Position numbers and translations under genes: made by a program. DNA of 64,000 bases, taken from positions 2,083,114 to 2,147,113 of the forward strand of contig NMRA01000005.1 in NCBI GenBank assembly GCA_002633005.1, given 5' to 3'. The DNA is from Phoronis australis (Eukaryota; Animalia; Phoronida). The notes beneath the pieces are model-generated. The model was given only the letters and a program-made list of their open reading frames with translations. It was not told the DNA's origin and did no database searches. This document shows, in pieces, positions 52,601 to 64,000 of this stretch (its first letter is position 1; each line of letters begins with the position of its first letter).

Positions 52601-55600
52601 GATAGACAAATCTGACTACCACTGTGCCTGCTAGTGGCAATATGATTTTTTACGTTTGCCTCCAATGGACGTTCCTGTATAGACTTTCATGAAATGTGGC
52701 AAATAGTCAGGGAGACTGTGACCTTTTTCCATTTCCATACACAATTAGCGTATTATGTGCCATCTACTGGCACATAACATCCCTCGAATCATACTTTTTG
52801 TGGTGCAGTCATGGACATATTTCAACACTTCACGGTGCTCTGGTATCCAAGTGTTTAGAGGTCAGAAATGTTCATGCAAGCCTTGTTTTTGTCCATTNCA
52901 GTTTACAGTGTGAGAGTGGTTACTATGATCATGCTGTACAGGTATGGGATAATGTTTTGTTTTGTTATCCATGTTACAGCTGGCATTAACACCATGTTGA
53001 TGTCAGTTTACAGTGTGAGAGTGGTTACTATGATCATGCTGTACAGGTATGGGATAATGTTTTGTTTTGTTATCCATGTTACAGCTGGCAGTAACACCAT
53101 GTTGATGTCAGTTTACAGTGTGAGAGTGGTTACTATGATCATGCTGTACAGGTATGGGATAATGTTTTGTTTTGTTATCCATGTTACAGCTGGCATTAAC
53201 ACCATGTTGATGTCAGTTTACAGTGTGAGAGTGGTTACTATGATCATGCTGTACAGGTATGGGATAATGTTTTGTTTTGTTATCCATGTTACAGCTGGCA
53301 GTAACACCATGTTGATGTCAGTTTACAGTGTGAGAGTGGTGACTATGATCATGCTGTACAGGTATGGGATAATGTGTTGTTTTGTTATCCATGCCTGATA
53401 TTGATATCTGGACGGTTTTGACTTCTGTGGAAACCCTAGCCCTTTTTTGCATCAGTAGCTCTATATCCGAAGCCGCTTGCATGATCTTTGTGAAATTTTG
53501 CAAATGTATTCCAAATGAACTTGAAAACAGATAGACAAACCTGACAACCACTGTGCCTGCTAGTGGCAATATAATTTTTTACGTTTGCCTCCAATGGACG
53601 TTCCTTTATAGATTTTCATGAAATGGGGCTAATAGTCAGGGAGACGGTGACCTTTTTCCATTTCCATACACAATTAATGTATTATGCGCCATCTACTGGC
53701 ATTTTTTGTGATCCCACAAAACATCCCTCGAATCATACTTTTTGTGGTGCAGTCATGGACATATTTCAACACTTCACGTTACTCTGGTATCCAATTTCCA
53801 AGTGTTTAGAGGTCAGAAATATTCGTGCAAGCCTTGTTTTCGTCCATTTTCTAGTCGAGTGGTGACAACTTTGATGCCTCCAAAGTGGACCCATACCGTA
53901 CCTGGACATTTGACAAATTCTTCAAGGAGGATGGCTTTGTTTTAGATTCTGCAATGGCCCTGCCAATGATCTGTGAATACACCTTGGCTTGCTTGCCTTC
54001 AAGTGGTATGTTGTGGAACACGTGTATTCTTGTAACCTGTGTTTTGTGCAGGAATTTTCAAAAAATGACAACTTTTACTCATATTATGGAATTATTTCAA
54101 AATAAGCCATTTTTGCACTGATATTTTGCTATTTTTCCAGAGGTTTTAGTATCTTTTTTGAAACCTGCATTGCATTTCTTTTTGGTTATATTTTGATTCT
54201 TCTGCTGAAGCGGTCATAACATCACCTGCACAAGTATAATGTGATTTAATTCTTAAAATGGATATAAACCAGCCTTCAGCTGTCAAAGAAACTGATTTTT
54301 TATTTATTCTTTATTCTGTGATAAAATTAGTCTCAATTTGTTTTTACCGAGATGAGGAAAAAATTCTTGGAAAGGCAAAAACTGACAGTTGGAGACCATG
54401 CTTCTTAGATAGAATTACTAGCCGACTTATGGAATCTGGTCTGAAGCAATTATAATGAAACGTCCGTTTTAAAGTTGAGGAATCATTTCTAATCTAAGGA
54501 ACAAGATAGTGCCAGATATTTTCTGCATTGAGTGCCCTAAATCAAGGAGTAGTTTCTTGATGAAAAGTGGATGTATCTAATGGTTTTACCTTGAAGAGTA
54601 AAGTGATCCTGATATCAGTGTTACATGGGTGTGTTTAGACTGCTTTATGGTTACACTTCTTGTCATTCAAGTTACTGAACCTTCATGCCTCCATGGAGAC
54701 TAATATCACATCTGGGACTACTTTTTGTCCTATCTCAGAGCCAAAAGACTGTCCCTATCTCCAGTCCAGCCTACAGGGTCTGTCTCTGCAAGATAACAAG
54801 TTGCAGGAATCAACAGCAAAGACAACTCAGCTGGAGACTTTGAGTCGGTCGGCCGTGGAGAATGTCCAGTTCTACCGGGAGAACAACCAATGTGAACTGG
54901 CCTTCAGATTGACCGTTCACACGCTGTGGACACTGCTAGCATACATGACCAAGCAGAATATGGGTGCACCTGTTGACGAGGTAGTTATGTAGGGTTGTGC
55001 TAGGTACCAGACATTCTATGTCTTGTTAGAAGATAAGAACAACATCATGAATTGTTGTATATCTTACCTCCCCTTTAATTAAGCAAACCCGGTTTTGGCC
55101 TATTCACAGAATTTCCCATCCAATTCTTCGAAACAGAATAATGCTCTGTAACCTTTGACAATCTGCTAAACTTTGGAGGAAAGTTTGGAAACTCCTTTCA
55201 AAGTCCACTAAACGGGCAAGCGTGACCTACCCTTTTAGCGAGTTCACTGCAACTGTGGGAAAAGGGCACTCATCAAGGACAATAATATTTAATCTGAGAC
55301 GTGGGGAGTATGCGTTTTTAGTTGACCGCTGCCTTTGAGTAGGAAGATTGACGCCAATGATGCATTAGCAGGGGACAGGACGCGGATTGGTTGAAATCAT
55401 CAAAACTGGGTTTAGTATCCTTCCAAGATGTAATGATTAAAAGTAGTATGATAATCCTGGAGTTTTCTCCAGACAAGCCCGTGGCGTACATTTAGAAAAT
55501 ATCTAGAGATTAAAAGTCAAATCCAAAGATGTCCCCAGGCTTACACTTGGAAGTGACTTTCGCTTGTGTGTATCAACGCTCTGGCTGGCTTGAAAATTGA

Positions 55601-58600
55601 TACCACAAATTCATTGCACAACATTGATGATGTATGATTGTTGCTGCAGGTAGAAGATTATTTTTGAAAATCTATGATTTTGGTGCCCATTTCTTATCAA
55701 ACTGGAGGAGTTTTAGCGTTCAGTCCTTTAAATTGTTCCCAAATATGTGCCAGGTGAAAAAAATATACTTAAACGCCTGTTGAGCATATCTGAAGACGGA
55801 CCTGTGGGCAAAAAAATTCTGATTGCATTTTTTCCAAAAGTTATATAATTATTTTCTGAGTTCTTTTTTTGTTTTTTTTTCGGTCCTACTTGTGGCTGTG
55901 GTGGGTAAATCAAGCAAGTTAGTGGTTTAAAGACTGCTTGTATATCACTGTGTTATATTAAGTGCTTCACATGATGGTGATGCTCAAGCGTAACTTAACT
56001 TTCAGGATTTGGACAAGTTGATTGGTGTAGTGAAGGAGAGTGTGACTAAGAAGGTTACAGCAGGTCACAAGTCATTGGATGACCTGACCTCTGTGCTCCT
56101 CATGAAGGTATGACCAGCCATTGGGTTGATATTAAAATGCTCATTCTCCCATATCTATGGAACTGACCATGATATCTATGGAGCTGACCATGATATCTAT
56201 GGAACTGACCATGATATCTATGGAACTGACCATGATATCTATGGAACTGACCATGATATCTATGGAGCTGACCATGATATCTATGGAGCTGACCATGATA
56301 TCTATGGAACTGACCATGATATCTATGGAAGTGACCATGATATCTATGGAGCTGACCGTGATGTCTATGGAATTGACCATGATATCTATGGAACTGACCA
56401 TGATATCTATGGAACTGACCATGATATCCTCCCAAGTGTTATACTGCTTTCTACCATTCTACCCAGTTTTTTGGTTAATAAAAAGTTGAGTCACTATTTC
56501 TGATGTGAACAGATGATGTTTGTTCAGTAGAAAAATCTTGACTGACAATTTCGATAAAACATTTTGTTTTCATTCAGTCTGACCACGATGCAACATTCTA
56601 TGCTCATGACTGAGGCTCATAAAGCAACAGCTCTATTCTATCTGTATTCATCATGCTTAGCGTATTGAACTTGAGTACATGCCACATTACAGGTATTCAA
56701 CCACAGGTACGTGGATCGTTCCTATGCCCTGGGGCTGATGTGTCGTCTTCCCAAGCAAGTCGCTTTTGATCGTCTAAAGAAAATGACGGCCAGTGCTGGA
56801 CTGAAGTATAAACGGGTCATGGTAAATAGAACTTACAAACAGCACCTGCTGTGAAGTCATATTAACTTTGATGTTGCATTAAAATTTCGGTCTTGTTCAT
56901 TGTAATTTAGACAACTTATAGAATTTAATGAATTGATTCATGTTGATGTTCACTTGTTTGGCTGTCTGCAACTGTTGTCCTATTGCGGTATTGGTTTTGG
57001 CTTTATTTAAAGACTCCTGCAATGCCAATTATATCAAAACGAAATCGAATTTCAATCTATAATCAATCAAGTTGAGGTGGAGAATCTTTTCATTGAAGCA
57101 ATTGAACTCCATTCACACTTAGACTATGGTTTTATCATGTAAGCGTTCCTCATTAAAATGAGGAATGCTTACTCATCAAGTGAAATGACCAAAGCAAAGG
57201 GTTCTTCCTCAAAACTGTAGTTTTCAAAGATTGCACTGCATGAGGCTGTAAGTCTGTTCTGGTTGAATTTGACCTTGAAAGGGTGTGAAAACTTATGCAT
57301 TATGATAAAGATTGAAATTCATTGGCTTAACATTGTGTTGTGGATATCTTGAAATAAAACTGGCCCTTTCATTGCTTTCACATTTAAAAAAGGATTGCAG
57401 TTGGTCCATTGCCCAAATTGCATCAGACTTGTGCAGGGGGCCCATTGCAGAAAACACCTGATTTGAAACTCATGAAAACCCTCTGCAGGGCTCGACGCTA
57501 TTAAAATCGCCAGCTCGCATTTTGCGACCTAGCCAGAATCCCAGGTCGCATTTCCAAAATCCAGCTCGCATTCATAAATGCCAGGTCGCAAATTTTCTCG
57601 CCATTGTTACGCGCCAAAATTGATTTTAGATCATCGAGAAAATTTTTAGATTATGTTCTTTCCTGCCGCGTTAAATACTCACAAATTTCAGATCCCAAAA
57701 CTGACTTCGCTCATGCATGTACGGCGTTACTGTTCTTCACGACCGCCATTGAAAGTCTCTAGAGCGCAAGTCAAGTTCCCGACGTGAAAGTTGAATTAGT
57801 GCTCTCTAACTGACACGTGCATTCGAATAGCTAAGTTTGCGATTTGAAAAGGGAGAAAATGCCCGTTGAAAAAGTATCCGGGATTTTGCTAGGTCTGACC
57901 TGCTACTGGCTGTCATCAAAGTCGTTAAAGATTCAAACCAATGAGCTACACCAGTTGTTCAAACTAACTCCGAGGGCAAATTTCCTCCGCTTTTTGTTCG
58001 CAGCCCAAATTTTGCAACTTAACTCATGTTTGAAAAACGTCTGCCGCAAAAAATCCGTGAAACGATGCTTTAACCGAATAAACAATTCAGTGCAAATTTC
58101 ACAACAAAAATGTGGTACTTATGCTGTTTACGTACTCAACAATTAGTTTTCCATGAAGTGAATAGCCTCCAAATAATAAAAATTTCGCTAACCACAATTT
58201 GGCATCTAGTACCCGTTTAGTTGCAATAGCTGGCTACGGGCATAGAATATAGGGTTTAGAGAACATCGACCTCGAGAAACATCGGAACTGGAAAATATTA
58301 GTTCTGGGTTACATCCGTCCCGGGGAATATCGTAATGCATCAGGTCTTTTACAACCGCCGGAAATCTATGAGTTAATTTTTAAATAAACCATTGGCACCC
58401 GGGTGCTTAACAAAGCCAAGCCGGTATACTCTTTCATTTAGGACTGCCGCTGTTCTCTTTTTATCCGCAGCTTTGAAACGGTGCGCACGCTTGAGTTCAC
58501 GCACTTGAATTGCTGGAATAGGCCTACACTTTACGTTGGTAATTGAACGGGTGAAAAACGAATCATATTTCACGCACGTAGCCCCAGAAACAAGTAATGG

Positions 58601-61600
58601 GTTTGAGAATTTCTTGGCAACTGAAAGCAAAGATGTGATTGCCGTTTGGGGATTAACAGGTTGTCATTTTCACTGTGGCTGTCTTATGGGATAAAAACGA
58701 GGCGCACATTTCTAAGTCACGATTGTCTTGCCGGGACCGCTTGCACGCTAACAACAGGACCGACCAGTGCCGCAGTGTGATATCAGGGATATTGTCATGG
58801 ATATTTGGTAAATGTAATAACGACATCTTAAGCGAAAAACAAACATATTTGTCCACCACAAAGTTTGATAAGTTGATCGCTTAAGAATTAACAGAAACTC
58901 CGCTGTTTTGTGAGGTTTTATCACGTGCTATGTGGCCCGAAACTTTCTTCGGCAAATCGGGAAATTTGCAAAAGTGGCCGAAAATGTTAGCCAATGAAAC
59001 GCGTCAAAGATCGATTCTGCATATCCCATGGTCACGCGACGTGCTTACAAGTCATCGGCAGGGCTGTTCTCAGTTAGTGGTCTTTTGAACTTGGATTTGG
59101 CAACAACCCAGTAATGGTCGGATTAACACTAGTTGCTTTACATTTACCAGGTATCTGCCGAGAAGTGTAAAAACTCAGCTCGCATTCGTTGGAAATTCTA
59201 GGTCGCATTTTGCGACTTGATACGAGCTGACAAAAATTCCAGCTCGCATTTCCAAATTTCAGGTCGCAAATGCGACCTGCAGCTCGTTATGTCGAGCCCT
59301 GCTCTGATGTCACATAGGCACTTTCTTCATGAGAGAGAGGTCTGTAGCCATGTAGGCCTCATTCATCTGCGATTGGTGTGTGGGGTTTGAATCGCGTTAC
59401 TGTTCACTTATCATGTCCATAGCCACCACTGCTTCCGTTTGTCAAGTCATTTAACAAATAATTTTCTGCCCAATCTTTCATGTTTTGCATGCATGACTGT
59501 TTTTTCAAATTTCTCTTGATCAGTAATCACAGTTGTATATCCNNNNNNNNNNNNNNNNNNNNNNNNNNNNNNNNNNNNNNNNNNNNNNNNNNNNNNNNNN
59601 NNNNNNNNNNNNNNNNNNNNNNNNNNNNNNNNNNNNNNNNNNNNNNNNNNNNNNNNNNNNNNNNNNNNNNNNNNNNNNNNNNNNNNNNNNNNNNNNNNNN
59701 NNNNNNNNNNNNNNNNNNNNNNNNNNNNNNNNNNNNNNNNNNNNNNNNNNNNNNNNNNNNNNNNNNNNNATGTGAGTGGTATGTGTTAAACTTCATGTGA
59801 GTGGTATGTGTTAAACTTCATGTGAGTGGTATGTGTTAAACTTCATGTGAGTGGTATGTGTTAAACTTCATGTGAGTACGGGAAATGTGACCAATTTCAA
59901 GAAAAATAATTGTATTAAAGTAACTATTTAGTTTTTTTTTCTCATTTTTCAAACGACTTCTAACATTGCTGTGTATGGACACAATTTGTCAAAGCATTGT
60001 GTTATGGGAGATTGTAGAACATTGCAATCTATGAGGCAATTATTGGATTTTTTTACAAAATTTCACCCTGTTGTGACCTAATTTGGTGAGATTTTACCGT
60101 AGGATGGGTTAAAATTTGTGTGAATAAGAGCAGTTAAAGTTCATGAGAGTAGAACAGAATATGCGATATGACTGGCATCTGAGGACATGGTATATAATTA
60201 TAGTGAAATTTCTTAGTAGATCAAGTCGACTCAAAATGATCTTGTGTGATAGCAGTTATGTAACTGAGGTGGTTTGTACCTGTCCTCAAAAAGGAGAACT
60301 CTTAATTATTTGTGGGCAGAGAGTGTTGAAGATAGCTTTGCCATTGCAACCTCCGAGTTGATTTTTTTTCATTGTATTTTTTGTACTCAAGTAAAAATTG
60401 TTCTGTTTCTGGTTTGTTATTGATAAGTTCTGTGTTCTATTGATATGGCCACTTCAGGTAGCCCATTCAGAATTATTTGTAAAGAATTTGACTGATTCTT
60501 TAGTCTGCTTGTATTATGTTTAGGTTTGATACAATTTATTCAATCAAGGTAATTGTTCTTTTTTCAGCTCGATCCCTACAGCTATGAGCATCTTAGTTTT
60601 GTGTTGAATGAACTGTACTTGCTTCAACCAACTGCCGAGTATGAACGAGTAAGGCTGCCATGTAATAGTGTTGGTTTTTAAGTCAAAAAACAGGGCCCTC
60701 ACTCACCTGAGGGAATGGTACTAACAGGGGATTTTAGATTGATGACACCAATTCTATTCCCCAGACTTCATCCCACAATGGCAATGCTTCAGGTAGCCAA
60801 AACTGATTCTAAACTTGAGGGGAGCTTCTTGACGTGGAGTATTTTGTGCAGTTTTTATTCATTTTTACATGTGAATGGGGCCGATACTAACCAAGGAAAA
60901 CTTGATCAATTTTCTGATGAGAATTGTCTAAATGCACATTTGGCTTTTTATTTGGTTGGTATGAGCTCAACTAATTTGTACTTAGTGAGAGGTTTTTATT
61001 TCTTTCTGGTGTTGAATTCAACGACTACTAATGCCTCCTTCCTCTTTTTGATTCTGCTAATCACTCCTCTCCCAGGACATACAACTTCTGAAGTACCTGG
61101 TAAATCTGAAGAGGTCAGCTCCCCCTTCAGACTTTGAGCTAAACTACCGCACAGTGTCTGAGGAAGAGCAGATCCTGTATGGTGGACGTCAGGTGTGTGA
61201 GATGGCCAAGATCAGGGTACCCTTCCACCCTCTTGTCAAGGAGCACGCGTGGAAGATTATCTGTAAGTCTTCTTGTTATGAGAACTTGATACAGTTATCT
61301 ATTTATTACTTCTAGAAAAAGTAAGGACTACTAAAAAGAGAAGTATAATATTTCTCTTCATCAATTTCCTTATTATAAAGGATAGTTCTTACAATAAATC
61401 CTTAAAAAAGATTCATGTAATAGGCCACAGCCTCGGACTGTACACTGAGAGCACAGGCTATCTAAACCTAAATTACTTAAACCAATTGTGCCCTCTGTCA
61501 CACATTTATCCGTATTTTTCATATTTCTAGAGCAAAAACAACCATTATGACTGACTGGGCTTTTAAATTTTATGGATTTTGAGCATTTAGTTTTCAACAG

Positions 61601-64000
61601 TGTAAAACAATTTTGAAATTATCATTTGTGAAGCTAGGTTCACAAAATTTGGGGTAGGAAAATACAGCAAATGTGGGATATAATCAGAAGCACATGGTTC
61701 AACCAATAAGATGCACTGATTTGATGTGACCAGCCAGGGGCCTGTTGCGAGGGAACTGACTTAGCTTTGACAATTATGTTATTTGAGTCAATTTTGAGGT
61801 AAATCTTAAATTTATCTCAAGTTAGTTCCAAGAAAATTATCTTAAGTTTTTGACTTACGTTCCGTCTTAAATTTGACATAACTTACAAGATGGGGAAGTT
61901 TTAGAGTTTGGTGGTTGATACAAAATTTAGACTTAAATAAAGAATGAACTTACATGTAAGTTAGTTTCTTGAAACAGGCCCATGTAGTTGCAAAATGTAC
62001 TGTTGGCATATGGCTATTGTAAGTGTTGAACTAAATTTTTGTAGGTCATGACGATCTAGGAATTTCAAAGAATACATTGTCTTTAAGTTCACGATCTGAC
62101 CAATGAAATTTGTCACAAATAATACATCTGGTTGTTTAATTACAGCTCCTGAGTTGACAGCTGAGAATGTTGAAGTGTGGGTTCTGATTGCACAGTTACT
62201 TAAAGTGAGTCGGGCTTTCATGGTATATTGTTCAGTGGCCTTCAGTGTAGATGGGGTCTGATAGATTCAATTAGTTTATGACTGAAGTGACATGTGATAC
62301 AATATTTCAACATCTTTGATAAGTGTTGGGTACCAGTAAATGAAATTCAGTATGTTACCAATTGAAGCACATCCTTTCAAATCAATACTTGTTTGATATG
62401 ATAACCAATTCTGTCACTGAAGTCTCTTTTTCTGTCACTTTGCAGTTGACTTAGATGGAAGTAAGTTTTGAAAGTTTCAATTGAGGCACTGAGTGCTTCT
62501 CATTTCACTACTGTAGCAGTGTGTTTCATTTCAGTATTTAGTACAGTTGTGACACCCACCCTAATCATGTGATATTTGCCTGTGTACTTTTGTGGTGTCT
62601 GTCTGTTTTATTGGCACACTCACAGTTAACCTGATTACCCAGTTGGGATGTTTACTGTGTTGGAACTACGTGGACCAATATTCACTGTTCACTTCCTGTG
62701 TTATCAGTGACACTGAACTACAACTGACAGGTTTAAGATCTTTTCTGTCAGCAGTATTAAAATGAAATTGATGATGGCAAAATAGATGATTTTGCTCACA
62801 TTTCTCATTCCATTCCAGCTTCCATCTGACCAGATCTACCTGACCACCATACAGAACATTATCAAAGAGCACACCTCCAGGGTGCGTCACAAGTCTAACC
62901 AGGGATCAACCAAAGACAAGAGTCAATGTAACTGGCACTTGGACAAGGCTGTCGACCTGGCCTTCTTCGACAACTTGCGTCAACTACTGATGAAGGTGAA
63001 AGATTGTAAGCTGTCTGTCGTATGTGTGGGTTGGATTGTCAAGGAGCTTCCCATGGGTAAGTTGTGGAGGTGAAGATGTCAGTGGTCATCAAGTAGCTTC
63101 TCTTTGGGGATTTGTGGAGACGGAGCTGTAAATAATCGTCAAAGCACTTTTAATGGGTGAAGTGTGGGGATGGATTTGTAAGTGATTGTTAGAGTTGTGT
63201 GAATGTTGGGTACTGACTGCATCGATTGAGATGCTGGTGGATGAGCTGATCAGTTGCTGAACACCAGATACGAAAATCTGTCCATTTCTCATCACGGTGT
63301 GTAGCATTTTCTTATTGTGAGTTGGTCATGTATATTAAATACCTGATGCCTTAATTGAGTCGCCATTTAATACCATCTAAGTGTTTCTGTGTGCTTGCTG
63401 TTGCAGGTGCTGAAAAGGTGCTAGCCTTAAAGGCGTGTGTCACACTGAGTCAAAGGTGGATCAACAGTGTTCCAGATAATGTAAGCCTTATGCAATTTTA
63501 TAAAAAAAATGTTGATTTTATTTCACTCACCCTATTTTTGTCATTTTCAATTGCCAAAGCAAAATGTCTGTAGTGACATGGTACATGAAATTTATGACAT
63601 GAGAGTTAGTGTAATTTACTATAATAATTTAATGTTTTCTGTCATAATGTCCTAGTTTTCCACTGTGCTCATTTAAACTGACATAATTTATAAACAGAAG
63701 TATAATTTATAACTTGTACTCAAAATATGATCAGCATTTGGTATTATGTCTTGTTTTTAAATTTTCTTTACATTTCATGTATGACTAGTCATTTTTTATC
63801 AAATTCCACAAATTCATTGTTATGCCGCTTTTTCTGCTATTTCCGTCTTGCTTCATACTTGGCTTTGTAATCATGAAAAGTTTGAATCACATCCCATCCT
63901 GTAATATTCATAGAAATGTATATACGATATTTGTTGGCTTCTCTCTTAGTCGTCTGAGAAGAAAGAAGCCATGGAGGCATACAAGAAGTATGTAGACATC
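28673..64000 (+). CDS. KNTC1: Kinetochore-associated protein 1 (ROD, RZZ complex subunit); multi-exon, 3' end beyond the window
   Basis: Phase-consistent GT-AG exons: 28673-28801, 29327-29447, 30606-30721, 31639-31795, 32254-32399, 32924-33076, 33816-33922, 34422-34566, 34913-35010, 35570-35645, 36694-36819, 37185-37274, 37731-37802, 38589-38650, 40377-40485, 40680-40823, 42876-42932, 44396-44512, 44740-44859, 45464-45607, 46445-46537, 47480-47683, 47864-48001, 48531-48650, 49387-49706, 50159-50260, 50837-51012, 52231-52328, 53855-54005, 54739-54980, 56006-56107, 56693-56821, [N gap], 60568-60648, 61076-61262, 62146-62204, 62819-63056, 63407-63480, 63950->64000. Peptides I recognise as KNTC1-like: [111 protein letters not shown]. 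Confidence 0.93.
30287..30537. repeat. 36-bp minisatellite, about 7 copies (intronic)
   Basis: Unit AGCATTGCCATTTGCATCAATTATGAATG(A/G)ATGTAC. Confidence 0.95.
33668..33850. repeat. Degenerate 65-77-bp tandem repeat of a KNTC1 acceptor junction
   Basis: AGTGTTTGGGACAC occurs three times and TGTATCATTGTAC..ATTGCAGC twice; the last copy is the functional exon start at 33816. Confidence 0.8.
35662..35910. mobile_element. Longer, diverged copy of the same MITE family, TSD GTTGAATC, in a KNTC1 intron
   Basis: GATCGTCCCCAAT / ATTGGGGACGATCAGAAGCTGAGG TIR motifs; TSD at 35654-35661 and 35911-35918. Confidence 0.8.
36393..36532. repeat. 15-bp minisatellite (AATTGGCGACCATAT), about 9 copies
   Basis: Directly visible perfect array. 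Confidence 0.95.
38738..39535. mobile_element. PIF/Harbinger (Tourist-like) MITE, TTA TSD
   Basis: TTA-GGGCTGTTCCAGTAAAATC ... GATTTTGCTGGAACAGCCC-TTA. Confidence 0.8.
39917..40320. mobile_element. Degenerate family-B Harbinger MITE
   Basis: CAG flanks; TTGCATGAACAGTC..GGGACTCAAC..TTCCTAAATCT and mirrored AGATTTAGGGAG..TTGA..TATGCAA match 14173-14651. Confidence 0.6.
42411..42550. repeat. 19-bp satellite (ACTAGTGATTATTATTATT)n
   Basis: Directly visible. Confidence 0.9.
51462..51602. mobile_element. Short MITE with about 38-bp TIRs
   Basis: TCTGGTCTGCACGCCACCTATTGGCCACATCACGTGAC is mirrored by GTCATGTGATGTGGCCAACAGGAGGCGTGCAGACCAGA; no clear TSD. Confidence 0.7.
52121..52167. repeat. (GT)n microsatellite
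   Basis: Directly visible. Confidence 0.9.
52282..53393. repeat. About 105-bp tandem repeat of a KNTC1 exon 3' end plus splice donor
   Basis: Unit GATGTCAGTTTACAGTGTGAGAGTGGT(G/T)ACTATGATCATGCTGTACAG|GTATGGGATAATG...; 2 copies before the N at 52898 and 5 after it. Confidence 0.9.
56152..56427. repeat. 21-bp minisatellite (TATCTATGGAACTGACCATGA), about 13 copies
   Basis: Directly visible; it explains the repetitive ORFs on both strands. Confidence 0.95.
57486..59301. mobile_element. Non-autonomous hAT-like element with a 5-bp TSD (hAT5-like)
   Basis: CAGGGCTCGAC ... GTCGAGCCCTG; CTCTG on both sides; subterminal CAG(C/G)TCGCA repeats at both ends; no transposase ORF. Confidence 0.8.
59770..59877. 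repeat. 25-bp tandem repeat (ATGTGAGTGGTATGTGTTAAACTTC) running out of an N gap
   Basis: About 4.3 copies directly after the 227-N gap at 59543-59769. Confidence 0.9.
61738..61981. mobile_element. Degenerate Harbinger-like MITE
   Basis: GGGCCTGTTGCGAGGGAACTGACTTA / TAAGTTAGTTTCTTGAAACAGGCCC; CAG on the left only. Confidence 0.6.

Noticed and set aside
52868-53398. 176-aa hydrophobic repeat ORF, or a CRISPR-like array
   Set aside because: Units are tandem with no unique spacers, no cas genes are present, and the unit derives from a KNTC1 exon junction.
56100-56503. His/Asp-rich repeat ORFs in four frames
   Set aside because: A 21-bp minisatellite in a KNTC1 intron, open in several frames only because the unit lacks stops there.

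Overview
AT-rich (by eye) eukaryotic draft-assembly sequence, most likely from an invertebrate animal; it has GT-AG introns, many MITEs and N gaps. The right half (28673 to the window end, + strand) is a multi-exon gene for the kinetochore RZZ subunit KNTC1/ROD: 38 coding exons can be traced, some are probably lost in an N gap, and the 3' end is outside the window. The left half has a minus-strand innate-immunity-like locus (about 7218-11236) whose exons encode a SEFIR/TIR-like domain, a death domain and a CARD, joined by phase-compatible splice sites; this is the most novel-looking item. Also present: two TTAA-flanked Kolobok-type elements (one with a P2X7-ballast-like Cys-rich ORF, one with a decayed THAP), a Helentron/HINE-like element, PIF/Harbinger MITEs at CWG sites, palindromic 8-bp-TSD MITEs, a hAT-like element with a 5-bp TSD, and several minisatellites, some built from splice junctions. 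Five 'tandem duplications' joined by a single N look like haplotype assembly artefacts. All domain and family calls come from reading motifs by eye, with no database search.
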